Source: Candidatus Altarchaeum sp. (lineage in GTDB: Archaea; Altiarchaeota; Altiarchaeia; Altiarchaeales; Altiarchaeaceae). Taken from it: a stretch of DNA of 27,346 bases. Positions 7,895 to 17,138 of the stretch are shown here, piece after piece. A model generated the notes under the pieces. The model was not told where the DNA came from, did no database searches, and saw only the letters and a program-made list of their open reading frames with translations. A program made the translations under genes and the position numbers. Position 1 is the stretch's first letter, and the number at the start of each line of letters is the position of its first letter. The stretch covers positions 1 through 27,346 of the forward strand of contig JAGWDQ010000115.1 in the NCBI GenBank assembly GCA_018260615.1. Reading direction: 5' to 3'.

Positions 7895-8731
7895 TTATTT
7901 TCCCAATTCAAACAACTGGCATGGTTTAATCTTGAATTGTAATTTTGTTGGATCCGGAGTGCCACCTTTTCTCATCACGGTGATTTTTCCTAAATATAAA
8001 CTTCCTTTCGGCGATATTTTTACTTCACCCGAACCAAAAAAATTCATCACTATATTTATATCTTTAAGGATCCAGGTTGTCGTATCATCCAATTTGTTAT
8101 ATTTTGTGACGAGCATCCAGTCAGCTGATAATCCTCCCGGCCCCTTTAAAACATCGCTAACTATTAAAATTTTGTTTTCTGCAAAGAAATTTATAATTTT
8201 ATTCCTCAAAGATTCCCTGAGTTCATCAAGAAACATTCTTCTTTTATCCCGTAAATTTTTGTTTTTGACTATTTCCGGACGAGAATTAGGATCAATCTCT
8301 CCTGTAAAAAGTCTTAACCCAAAAGCGATTTCATCATCAAATCCCCACATTTCCTGATAAGAATTAACCGCCCTCTTATCTGCCTGATTGAAATTTGCGT
8401 TTAAATTTGCTTTTTTCAATGATAAATTTTCTATTTTAACTATTTCTCCAATGGTGATTATGATTCTTATTTGGATATCTGCCTTTTTAAATTTCATTAA
8501 CTCTTCAAAGTCTTCTTCACTTATTCCAAATTTCTCCATATCACTTTTTTTAATTCTGGTTGGAATCTGAATTGCCTTCACAGCATTAATTTTTTCTATT
8601 TTGTAATTCATAATTTTAAGCCAGCTCCGGGCATCCTTATCCTTTTTCCAGTTATTAAATTTCCTGCAAATATCCTTCTCATTTGCAAATCCGCCTTTGG
8701 CAGTTGCAGAACCAGTTTCTGTTTTATTCAT
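7895..8731 (-). CDS. Type II restriction endonuclease, HinP1I family
   Basis: GS-TAK-GF-NEKDI, FNQ-DK, YQEMW-FDD, DKRRMF, WIL-IN-V-FGSG-V-ISPKGS, RKGG and LQFKI-P recall R.HinP1I (comparison from memory). ATG at 8731 preferred. Confidence 0.85.
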   Translation of the reverse strand: MNKTETGSATAKGGFANEKDICRKFNNWKKDKDARSWLKIMNYKIEKINAVKAIQIPTRIKKSDMEKFGISEEDFEELMKFKKADIQIRIIITIGEIVKIENLSLKKANLNANFNQADKRAVNSYQEMWGFDDEIAFGLRLFTGEIDPNSRPEIVKNKNLRDKRRMFLDELRESLRNKIINFFAENKILIVSDVLKGPGGLSADWMLVTKYNKLDDTTTWILKDINIVMNFFGSGEVKISPKGSLYLGKITVMRKGGTPDPTKLQFKIKPCQLFELGK

Positions 8732-8755
8732 GTTTACTAAAATAATAAAAATAAT

Positions 8756-8989
8756 CAAAAGTTTCCCATTTCAGAAAACAAATGTGTTGAAATGGGACAG
8801 TTACTAAATTACATCAATTTACCTCCAAAAATCAGATTATGTTTGGTAATAAATCTGCAAAAAATCCCATATTTTGGCAAATTTTTGCATCATTTTAAAC
8901 TTTTGATATAATTTTCCCCGTTACAAGCCATATTGTTTTGTGATAAAACGATATTCGTAGGCGTTGTAATTCCAAATGGGAAACTTTTG
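8756..8989. mobile_element. Candidate MITE, 234 bp
   Basis: Perfect 16 bp terminal inverted repeats caaaagtttcccattt (8756-8771) and aaatgggaaacttttg (8974-8989), with taat on both flanks. Non-coding interior. Confidence 0.6.
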
Positions 8990-9054
8990 TAATAATTATA
9001 AATTAAAAAGATATATAAATCTATTCTCAAATTATAATCTCATCCTTCAAATTT

Positions 9055-10089
9055 TCACCTCAAATTTTTAAATTTAAAATAAATGCTGCATGTCCCCTCT
9101 CCCGAAACCATACACGGCCCTATAGGATTATCCGGATTGCACGCCTTTCCAAATAACTGACATTCATTCGGTTCAATCAATCCCCTTATAATTTCCCCGC
9201 ACCTGCAAATTTTATTTTCTTTTGGCTTGGGAACATTCTTTAATATATCTTTAAATTTAATCCTCGCATTTAAGTGAGCGTTTTTCACTTCCAGTCCCGA
9301 ATTTTTAATCACTCCCAAACCCCTCCAGTCGCTGTCGCTGACCTTAAACATTTCATTTATTAAATTTTTTGCAAGTAAATTTCCATCGTCCTTAACTGCT
9401 CTGACATATTCATTTTCAACATCACATCTTCCTTCTTTTAATTGTCTCAAAAGCATCAGAATTGCAGCAAGCACATCAATACCTTCAAAGCCGGTAATGA
9501 CCTGAGGAACCTTCAGCTTTTTGTAGTCCTTCGTTCCTGTTATTACTGAAACATGTCCCGGATTTATAAACCCGTCAATCTTTATTTCACCCGTTTTTAA
9601 TAACGCTTCCATAGCAGGAACAACCGTCTTATGAACAGAATAAACAGCTAAATTTTTCTTTAAGGCATACGCAGTCATCGGAGCAGTCGTTTCAAATCCG
9701 ATAGCAAAAAATACAATATCGTCGGTTTTATTTCCTAAATTTTTAAATTTAACACAGTCCTCAACCGAATAAACAACACGGACATTTGCACCCTTTGCCC
9801 TAACCTGTTCCAGACATGTATTTGTTCCCGGAACCCTTAACATATCTCCGTAAGTTGCTACATTAATCCCATTCAAAGCAAGTTCTATTACCACATCAAT
9901 GTCGTATTGTGAGGTTACACAAACAGGACATCCGGGACCCGAAATCAGTTTTATATTTTTTGGCAAAATTTGTCTGATTCCGCATTTAGCAATTGTCTGG
10001 GTATGAGTTCCGCAGACCTCCATAAATTTTAATTCGTCAAATTGTTTTGCCAATTCATTGATCTCCCTTATTACATTTTGAATTTTCAT
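9055..10089 (-). CDS. hypD: Hydrogenase maturation protein HypD
   Basis: MEVCGTHT, SGPGCPVCVT, GFETTAP, PGHVS, CRCGEI and PIGPCMVSGEGTC motifs. Confidence 0.97.
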   Translation of the reverse strand: MKIQNVIREINELAKQFDELKFMEVCGTHTQTIAKCGIRQILPKNIKLISGPGCPVCVTSQYDIDVVIELALNGINVATYGDMLRVPGTNTCLEQVRAKGANVRVVYSVEDCVKFKNLGNKTDDIVFFAIGFETTAPMTAYALKKNLAVYSVHKTVVPAMEALLKTGEIKIDGFINPGHVSVITGTKDYKKLKVPQVITGFEGIDVLAAILMLLRQLKEGRCDVENEYVRAVKDDGNLLAKNLINEMFKVSDSDWRGLGVIKNSGLEVKNAHLNARIKFKDILKNVPKPKENKICRCGEIIRGLIEPNECQLFGKACNPDNPIGPCMVSGEGTCSIYFKFKNLR

Positions 10090-10323
10090 TGTTGCACAGA
10101 ATTATTCTTTTAAATTTAACATCAGGGATATTGTTTCATCCGCATCTTTCACACTTAAAATTTCTATCGCAAAGCCAGCATGCACGAGAACATAATCGCC
10201 GGTTTTTAAATTTTCAACCATAGAACCGTTTATTTTCTTTATCACGCCTCCGAAATCAACATCCGCATAACTGCTGTCATAAATTTTTATTATCTTTCCG
10301 GGAATGCCTAAACACATCTTAAA
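9990..10323. repeat. 334 bp direct repeat, copy A (hypC plus first 100 bp of hypD)
   Basis: Matches 17192-17525 with 2 mismatches, offset 7202 bp. Confidence 0.97.
10102..10317 (-). CDS. hypC: Hydrogenase chaperone HypC, copy 1
   Basis: MCLGIPG N-terminus, VDFGGV, GDYVLVHAGFAI. Confidence 0.97.
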   Translation of the reverse strand: MCLGIPGKIIKIYDSSYADVDFGGVIKKINGSMVENLKTGDYVLVHAGFAIEILSVKDADETISLMLNLKE

Positions 10324-10971
10324 TTTTTATTATTTGATTTAAATTTTATTTTTCAAATTTATTTCTTTTGATTGTTGAAAAAGTTATTAAATACATCAAT
10401 AAATAATTTGTATTTTCCTAAAAACTCACAAAACAATACTCGTTCCATTCGTGTATTTCAAAAACAAGTTGGTATTTATTAAGTATTTAAGGATCAAATG
10501 TTAATTATTACTTGAAAAGTTTTGTAAGTAGAGTTATATATTTACTTTTTTAAAAATTCATTTAGTTTTCTAATTTGTTGAGAGTGTCGAAAAACCATAT
10601 TTTTTTGGAAAATACATTCGCTGTTGCTCATATGTTTAAAATTCTCGGGGAGTTTTAAATAAGTTCGCTTCGCTCTCATATTTTCAAAATCAATATAATC
10701 GGGCGACCCAAAAATTTGAAATTTGCTTAATTTGGGACATTTTCATTACGCTATAAATGTTATTATAGCAATCCTAATATTTATATACTCAAAACTAAAT
10801 GGTTTTTTCGAGTTACTTAATTTATTTATATCCAAGATTAATTTATTTAATGTTTTTAATTATGCTCAAAAATTTAAAATGGATAAACTTAAAAAAAGCA
10901 GGGTGGTGATTATAGGGATGCTGTATGGATTCTTGAGATTTTTGTTTTATGGGAAAAATATAAAATTAAAC

Positions 10972-13900
10972 ATGAACAAAATTATGGTATTATCTGTTCT
11001 TTTAATAATGGGATTTTCTAATTTTGGATTTGCTGATTGTGTTTCTCAATGTGGAGAAAATTATAAAGTGAATGCTATTGGAATGTGTAATGTAAAATAT
11101 CTGAATTCATTAAATTATGGGGATATTTGGTTTAATTTTTCAGTAGGTGATGTTAACCTCTCTAAAAATCCAATTACCTGTGAAAATCAGTTAAGAAGTT
11201 TGAATTTTATAAATGCAACTGATGTTGATGAAGTTTATAATTTGACATGTAATGAAAGTATGGTTAATGAAATAAGAGAAATTCTTTGTGATACGAGTTG
11301 TATTTATAATGCAAGTTTGTGTAATGAAACTTTAATACAGGAAATTAAGAATGAGATTTTATGCAACAGAACATTCCTTAATGAAAGTTTATGGAATGCG
11401 TCTATTGAATTAATTTGTTATGACAAGTATAATGACAATATTTCAATGCTTGAAGACATATTTACTGAATCGCTTTGTGAAGGATGGTGGGATGAATTTT
11501 TTAACGGAAGTATTAAATTAGATATAGAAACTGCTTGTCAACAATATTGTGATGAATTAAAGGAAGCAGAAGGATGTGGAGATAATTGCGTTCCTGCTGT
11601 TCCTCCAGCTGTTCCTCCAAATGCAGGAACACCCGCTCCCCAAAAGCCCCCGCAACCAGGTAAATCTACATCTCCTTCTCCACCTATACCAAAAAAAGCA
11701 CCACCTTTACCACCTCCAACACCGCCCCCAGCAAAACTTCCTAAACCGAATCCTGCTAAGATTGGTGCGGCTATTGGAGCAAAAGCAGGTGTGAAAATAG
11801 GAGAAGGCTCCGGAGAACATGGTGCAGTAAAGGCGATAAAGAACTGGCGAGGAAAAATAGGAGCTAAAGTAGGACCTAAGGTAGGTGCAAAAGTTGGACC
11901 TAAAATCGGTAAAAAAGTTGGTGCAAAAGTTGGACCTAAAATTGGAGGAAAGATTGGACCTAAAATTGGAGGAAAGATTGCAGGAAAGATTGGACCCAAA
12001 ATTGGAGGTATAAATTTTACAGATTTACAATATACTTCCTATTGCTCATCTCCTGAAGCAGATTTTTTCATTACAACAATGGGAACATATTCAGGAGCAT
12101 TTAACTTAAGCGAAAACGACACAGAAAATCTCACAAAATTAATGAATGCAAGTGCAAGAGAATTAGACGCATTTTATGCGGGTTTGGTATTTCCAAGCAG
12201 CAAATGGATTGTAAGTTTAGTTGACAATGTTGAAATAGATGATAATATTGCCAAAACAAATGTTGGAAAAGTTCTATTAGATTCTGATTTAAAATTAAAG
12301 GATTTATGGACAAAATATGCTTGCGGAGGAAGCGAAACCTGCGGAAATTCAGCATACTTAAATAACATTTCAGAAAAATGGAATCAGGAAGTAGCGAATT
12401 CAAGTTGCGGATTTAAATATGCAGAAATAGATTTGGTTTGGGATGGAAGGGTTTGGGTAAAAAGAGGACAAATAAAAGCAAGTAATGATACATGCCAATT
12501 GCTTATTAAAAATGCAACACTGGATACACTTATAGATATTGACAATGTTGATTACAACGTATTGGATACTGAACTTTACGGATATGGATTTAATTACAAC
12601 ACAATTTCTCATACGGGATGGATGGGAATGTATTTTAAAAACTGGATAAACAAATCAGAAGTATTTAGATGGGATCCGTTTAATGCAAATCTTGATGAGA
12701 ATCATGTTTTTGAGATAGAGTCAAATAACGATACCATAACATTTCATTACGCTTTGTGGATCGTTTGCGATGGAGGATCAACAACTGATAATTATTTTGT
12801 AAGTGTTGAAGTATGGAATGGAAATTCGTGGGTGTTACTTGATAATTACACTTATCAAAATCAGCAATGTGGATGTATTGTTAGAAATGTAAATGTAAAT
12901 ACAAAAATATATTCTCAAAACGGAAAAACAAGAATAAGGTTTCACTTTTACAATCACGATCCACTACCTGACGAAAGATGGGGCTTTTACACATTCTCGT
13001 GTGGAGATGATGGAGTAGATACCGGAGAAAATGCTATTGGATTAGCAGAAGTGAAATTCAAATCAAATACATTACCTCCAACATGTAAATCAAATATGAA
13101 CACAAAAAGACAAATAATGGAAAATTATATTAAGAACAAAACAGATGAAATGATAACTATTCCTATAAATAACAGCGTAAATTATAATAGGAGCTTTGAA
13201 GAATTAAGAAGTGTTTATTACGCTTTAATTCAGGCACAATGGTATAAAGATACACAAAAAAACGGAATATTTAAAAATATAGTAAACACGGAAAATCTTT
13301 CGTATGTTGAAACAATAGAAACAAATAAAAGTGAATATTGGAATAAGTTTTTAAATTTAAGTGACTGTTGTAGTGGAATTGGTGGCATGTATTTTGAGAA
13401 TCTTTCAATAGTTGGAGAACAAATAACGAGTGATGACGAAAAACTTATGAGTAATGCAACATATAAAACAATAGAAATTAATAATAACAGAGCATTAATC
13501 GGGAGTGGAATTATGATTCCGCACTTTGATATTTATCCTGCAAGTATAGATGTTAAAGATACTGTGGAGGAAGGAGAAATTGTTGAAATTAAGGCAAATA
13601 TAACGAACATAGGAAATGCCAATCTAAACAATGTAAGCATTATATTTTATTCTTATGACCTGCTTCGCAATTATAGTTATGTTATAAATGAAACCAGAAT
13701 TTCATTAAACGCAAATAGTTCAATAATAGTATCAGCAACATGGAATACGACGCTTGAATCAGGAAGCAGAACAATATATGTCGTAGTTGATCCTTATGAC
13801 GAAATTGCCGAGGCATATGAAGGTGATAACTGGATAAGTAAAAATGTTTCGTGTGTTTGTAAAAAATTAGAAAATTACTCCTCGAGCGATTTATATTATG

Positions 13901-14901
13901 GATATGCAACATGCAACAATCCAATTTATAGTGCTGATGACGGATATGTTCAGGTTACACTTTCACAACCGTTCAAGTTTTATGACAAAGAATATTCAAC
14001 AATTTACATAGGGACGAATGGATATATAACCTTTGACGGGGGAAGTTATCAATATTACAATATTCCACAAGTGTTTATGGGCACAAAAATGATTGCTGTT
14101 GATGCAGGTGATTTGGTTTCGACAATTCATGTATGTTCAACAAGCAATGGAGTTGTGATAAGATGGCGGGGGAGGCATTATGGTTATAGTGACAGTGTTG
14201 ATGTTCAGGCAATTTTATATTCAAATGGAAATATAAAGACAAATCTTAATAGCGTTGGAGTTATAACTGGCGGATGGCCAGGATATGCTGTAACCGGAGT
14301 AAGCAGAGGCGACGGAAAATATTACACTTCACTTACTACAAACAATAACCTTTCTTATGGTTTATTATTGCCATACGGAAATTATTCTTCAATAGATTCG
14401 TATTTCGGATATGCAACATGCAACAATCCAATTTATAGTGCTGATGACGGATATGTTCAGGTTACACTTTCACAACCGTTCAAGTTTTATGACAAAGAAT
14501 ATTCAACAATTTACATAGGGACGAATGGATATATAACCTTTGACGGGGGAAGTTATCAATATTACAATATTCCACAAGTGTTTATGGGCACAAAAATGAT
14601 TGCTGTTGATGCAGGTGATTTGGTTTCGACAATTCATGTATGTTCAACAAGCAATGGAGTTGTGATAAGATGGCGGGGGAGGCATTATGGTTATAGTGAC
14701 AGTGTTGATGTTCAGGCAATTTTATATTCAAATGGAAATATAAAGACAAATCTTAATAGCGTTGGAGTTATAACTGGCGGATGGCCAGGATATGCTGTAA
14801 CCGGAGTAAGCAGAGGTGATGGAAAATATTACACTTCACTTACTACAAACAACAACCTTTCTTATGTCTTATTTAAACCACCTGATTATTCAGTAAAATA
14901 A
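10972..14901 (+). CDS. Large secreted multidomain surface protein (1309 aa): signal peptide, Cys-rich region, Pro-rich linker, (G-x-K-V/I)12 repeat, uncharacterised domain, CARDB-like domain, two NIDO-like domains
   Basis: Signal peptide MNKIMVLSVLLIMGFSNFGFA at ATG 10972. CARDB pattern EIKANITNIGN...VVVDPYDEIAEAYEGDN. NIDO-like DDGYVQVTLSQPFKFYDKEYSTIYIGTNGYITF present twice. Many N-x-S/T sequons. Confidence 0.8.
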   Translation: MNKIMVLSVLLIMGFSNFGFADCVSQCGENYKVNAIGMCNVKYLNSLNYGDIWFNFSVGDVNLSKNPITCENQLRSLNFINATDVDEVYNLTCNESMVNEIREILCDTSCIYNASLCNETLIQEIKNEILCNRTFLNESLWNASIELICYDKYNDNISMLEDIFTESLCEGWWDEFFNGSIKLDIETACQQYCDELKEAEGCGDNCVPAVPPAVPPNAGTPAPQKPPQPGKSTSPSPPIPKKAPPLPPPTPPPAKLPKPNPAKIGAAIGAKAGVKIGEGSGEHGAVKAIKNWRGKIGAKVGPKVGAKVGPKIGKKVGAKVGPKIGGKIGPKIGGKIAGKIGPKIGGINFTDLQYTSYCSSPEADFFITTMGTYSGAFNLSENDTENLTKLMNASARELDAFYAGLVFPSSKWIVSLVDNVEIDDNIAKTNVGKVLLDSDLKLKDLWTKYACGGSETCGNSAYLNNISEKWNQEVANSSCGFKYAEIDLVWDGRVWVKRGQIKASNDTCQLLIKNATLDTLIDIDNVDYNVLDTELYGYGFNYNTISHTGWMGMYFKNWINKSEVFRWDPFNANLDENHVFEIESNNDTITFHYALWIVCDGGSTTDNYFVSVEVWNGNSWVLLDNYTYQNQQCGCIVRNVNVNTKIYSQNGKTRIRFHFYNHDPLPDERWGFYTFSCGDDGVDTGENAIGLAEVKFKSNTLPPTCKSNMNTKRQIMENYIKNKTDEMITIPINNSVNYNRSFEELRSVYYALIQAQWYKDTQKNGIFKNIVNTENLSYVETIETNKSEYWNKFLNLSDCCSGIGGMYFENLSIVGEQITSDDEKLMSNATYKTIEINNNRALIGSGIMIPHFDIYPASIDVKDTVEEGEIVEIKANITNIGNANLNNVSIIFYSYDLLRNYSYVINETRISLNANSSIIVSATWNTTLESGSRTIYVVVDPYDEIAEAYEGDNWISKNVSCVCKKLENYSSSDLYYGYATCNNPIYSADDGYVQVTLSQPFKFYDKEYSTIYIGTNGYITFDGGSYQYYNIPQVFMGTKMIAVDAGDLVSTIHVCSTSNGVVIRWRGRHYGYSDSVDVQAILYSNGNIKTNLNSVGVITGGWPGYAVTGVSRGDGKYYTSLTTNNNLSYGLLLPYGNYSSIDSYFGYATCNNPIYSADDGYVQVTLSQPFKFYDKEYSTIYIGTNGYITFDGGSYQYYNIPQVFMGTKMIAVDAGDLVSTIHVCSTSNGVVIRWRGRHYGYSDSVDVQAILYSNGNIKTNLNSVGVITGGWPGYAVTGVSRGDGKYYTSLTTNNNLSYVLFKPPDYSVK
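11860..12009 (+). repeat. 12 bp-period coding repeat encoding (G-x-K-V/I) x 12
   Basis: GAKV GPKV GAKV GPKI GKKV GAKV GPKI GGKI GPKI GGKI AGKI GPKI GG. Confidence 0.9.
13900..14866 (+). repeat. Recent intragenic domain duplication, 2 x 460 bp
   Basis: 13900-14359 versus 14407-14866, offset 507 bp (169 codons). I count 3 mismatches, all synonymous. Confidence 0.95.
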
Positions 14902-14912
14902 TTTAATTTAAA

Positions 14913-15290
14913 ATGAAAAAAATATTTTTTGTGTTGGGAATATTTGTAGCGGTTGCGGCATTGATAATGTGTGGAGTGGCATTAAAAAATTATGGAAGTG
15001 AAAATGTAGGAAACGGGATAAAAATTATAGAGATAAAAGAAAAAGTGAGTAGTAATGAAAATAAAGAAGAGGTGTTGAAAAATTTAAATCCGAATATAAG
15101 CATTAGCAATATAAATCTTGTACCTATGACGAGCGGAAATAAATCAGTAGCAATAAGCGAGATAGGTCTAAAACCAAATATTGATGTAAAAATTGAAAAA
15201 ATCGTTGTTAAAGACAAAAACATGGAAACAGAAAAAATCATACTATTAAATGTTTCAATTAATGAAATAAATAAAGTAAAAGTAAATTAA
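14913..15290 (+). CDS. Small protein with N-terminal signal/anchor helix
   Basis: MKKIFFVLGIFVAVAALIMCGVAL then a soluble Asn/Lys/Ile-rich region. Starts 11 bp after the large gene. Confidence 0.7.
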   Translation: MKKIFFVLGIFVAVAALIMCGVALKNYGSENVGNGIKIIEIKEKVSSNENKEEVLKNLNPNISISNINLVPMTSGNKSVAISEIGLKPNIDVKIEKIVVKDKNMETEKIILLNVSINEINKVKVN

Positions 15291-15291
15291 A

Positions 15292-15597
15292 ATGAAAAAA
15301 ATATTTTTAGTTTTGGGGATATTTTTAGTTATAGCGGTGATTGCAGTTGCAGGAATTCAAATAAATGAACTTATAAAGAAAGCAAATAATATAACAGAGG
15401 TTAAAGAAGCTGGCGGAAAGGTTACAGCAGTAGTAAAAAATGGAGAAATAGTAAATACTAGCAAAGTACATGTAAAGGCAATAATAAATGAAACAGCTAA
15501 TATAACAAATGTAATAATTAATGAAACACTTGAAGGCATTTATGTTCCTGCAAAGATAGGAAAGATGGCTAATAATACTACGGGAATAGCAAAATAA
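15292..15597 (+). CDS. Small protein with N-terminal signal/anchor helix
   Basis: MKKIFLVLGIFLVIAVIAVAG; start nearly identical to the preceding gene, 1 bp gap, several N-x-T sequons. Confidence 0.7.
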   Translation: MKKIFLVLGIFLVIAVIAVAGIQINELIKKANNITEVKEAGGKVTAVVKNGEIVNTSKVHVKAIINETANITNVIINETLEGIYVPAKIGKMANNTTGIAK

Positions 15598-15641
15598 ATA
15601 GATGAACTCTATTGGTTCATCTCTGTATGGAAGACAACAAA

Positions 15642-17138
15642 ATGTCAAAAGATGTAAAGGAAAGTATAAAAGATTATGGAATAATCGTTGTAAGCGTTGT
15701 CATCATTACAATATTTATAGTTTTTGTTTTTCGTGTATTGCCTCAATATATTTCACTGATGATTCTTATGTTCCTTGTTGTGAGTGTTTTTGTGTTATAT
15801 GTTTATAGATTCCAAAAGGAAGAAGATCAACTATTCTATTTTGCAGGCATATTGCGTGGAGGAGACATAGAAAGAGGTGATTGTGAAACTACACCATGTT
15901 TACCAATTGTTGTAAATTTTGATGAGATTCCAAATGCTGCTAAACTTGTTGAGGAAGCTTCATGGGATGAAAATTGGATGGTAAGGGCGGGGGTTTGCAA
16001 GGCTATAAATGCTCATTTTGATAAGATTCTAAACGCTGCAAAAATTACAGAAAGATTGGCAAATGATAAAGATAAAACTGTTAGGTGTGCTGTTGTTGAA
16101 GTTTTAAAAAATCATTTTGATAAGATTCCAAATGCAGGAAAAATCGCAGAAAAATTGGCAAATGATAAAGATGAAAATGTTAGAATATGCATCTATGATG
16201 TCCTACTAAATCATTTTGATAAGATTCCAAATGTTAGTGAATTAGTTGAAAAATTTGCGAATGATTCAAATAACGATATTAGATACACTACATTGTCTCT
16301 TCTTGAGTATAATTTTAATAATATTCCAAATGCTGCAAAAATATTGGAAAAACTTGCTCAGGATGAAAATAAAGAAGTTAAAAATGAGGCAATAAGAGTA
16401 ATTAAAGAAAAATTTGATTATCCTGCGCATATATATAGAAATAAATTTTCACAAATTACCATTAATGAAATTTTGAAAGAAAGCGAGAGTGGCGAGATTC
16501 AAATGTTAAGGGATTTACTTTCTGGAGAAATAGATGAAAGTAAATCTCGGCAAATTTCTGATCTTGTTGAAAGGATTTTATCAAAATACAAAAGTGAAAA
16601 TAAACTGATTTTATGCGATATAATTTCAGAATATTTTTATAAGATTCCAAATGCTGCAAAAATCATAGAAAAATTGGCAAATGATAAAGATGAAAATGTT
16701 AGAGTAGTTGTTGTTAAAGTTTTAACAACACATTTTGATAAATTCCCAAATCCGGAAAAAATCGTAGAGAAATTCTCAAATGATTATAATGACGGTGTTA
16801 GAATAGCAGCCGTTAAAGTTTTAACAACACACTTCAATAAAATTCCAAATGCTGCTAAAATTATAGAAAGATTGGCAAATGATGGGAATAATTATATCCG
16901 ATTGTGCATGGCAGATATATTGCTCAATGATTTTGACAGAATTCCAAACGCAAAATATATTTTGGAAAAATTAGCAAGTGATAAAGCCGAGGGTGTCAGA
17001 GTAACAGCTGTTAAAGCTTTGACAACACACTTCAATAAGATTCCAAACGCAAAATATATTTTGGAAAAATTAGCAAGTGATCCGGATTCATATGTTAGAG
17101 AAACAGCAAAAGCTTTTTTAGAAATTAAAAATAACTGA
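15642..17138 (+). CDS. Membrane-anchored HEAT-repeat protein
   Basis: Two N-terminal hydrophobic helices followed by about nine approx. 37 aa repeats of type HFDKIPNAAKIIEKLANDKDENVR, in two blocks. ATG 15642 preferred; exact start uncertain. Confidence 0.8.
   Translation: MSKDVKESIKDYGIIVVSVVIITIFIVFVFRVLPQYISLMILMFLVVSVFVLYVYRFQKEEDQLFYFAGILRGGDIERGDCETTPCLPIVVNFDEIPNAAKLVEEASWDENWMVRAGVCKAINAHFDKILNAAKITERLANDKDKTVRCAVVEVLKNHFDKIPNAGKIAEKLANDKDENVRICIYDVLLNHFDKIPNVSELVEKFANDSNNDIRYTTLSLLEYNFNNIPNAAKILEKLAQDENKEVKNEAIRVIKEKFDYPAHIYRNKFSQITINEILKESESGEIQMLRDLLSGEIDESKSRQISDLVERILSKYKSENKLILCDIISEYFYKIPNAAKIIEKLANDKDENVRVVVVKVLTTHFDKFPNPEKIVEKFSNDYNDGVRIAAVKVLTTHFNKIPNAAKIIERLANDGNNYIRLCMADILLNDFDRIPNAKYILEKLASDKAEGVRVTAVKALTTHFNKIPNAKYILEKLASDPDSYVRETAKAFLEIKNN

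Noticed and set aside
6054-8570. Long plus-strand ORFs (6054-6374, 6384-6983, 7932-8357, 8388-8570) and similar ones elsewhere
   Set aside because: Antisense to well-supported genes, Ser/Phe/Ile-rich, no motifs.
8931-10438. 13 bp inverted match tcacaaaacaata between the MITE interior and the region upstream of hypC
   Set aside because: Too short and AT-rich, with no extension of similarity.
10723-10971. 83 aa N-terminal extension of the giant protein
   Set aside because: TTG start in very AT-rich sequence; a clean signal peptide begins at ATG 10972.
11538-11999. Gly/Pro-rich 153 aa minus-strand ORF
   Set aside because: Shadow of the Pro-rich and GxKV repeats on the coding strand.
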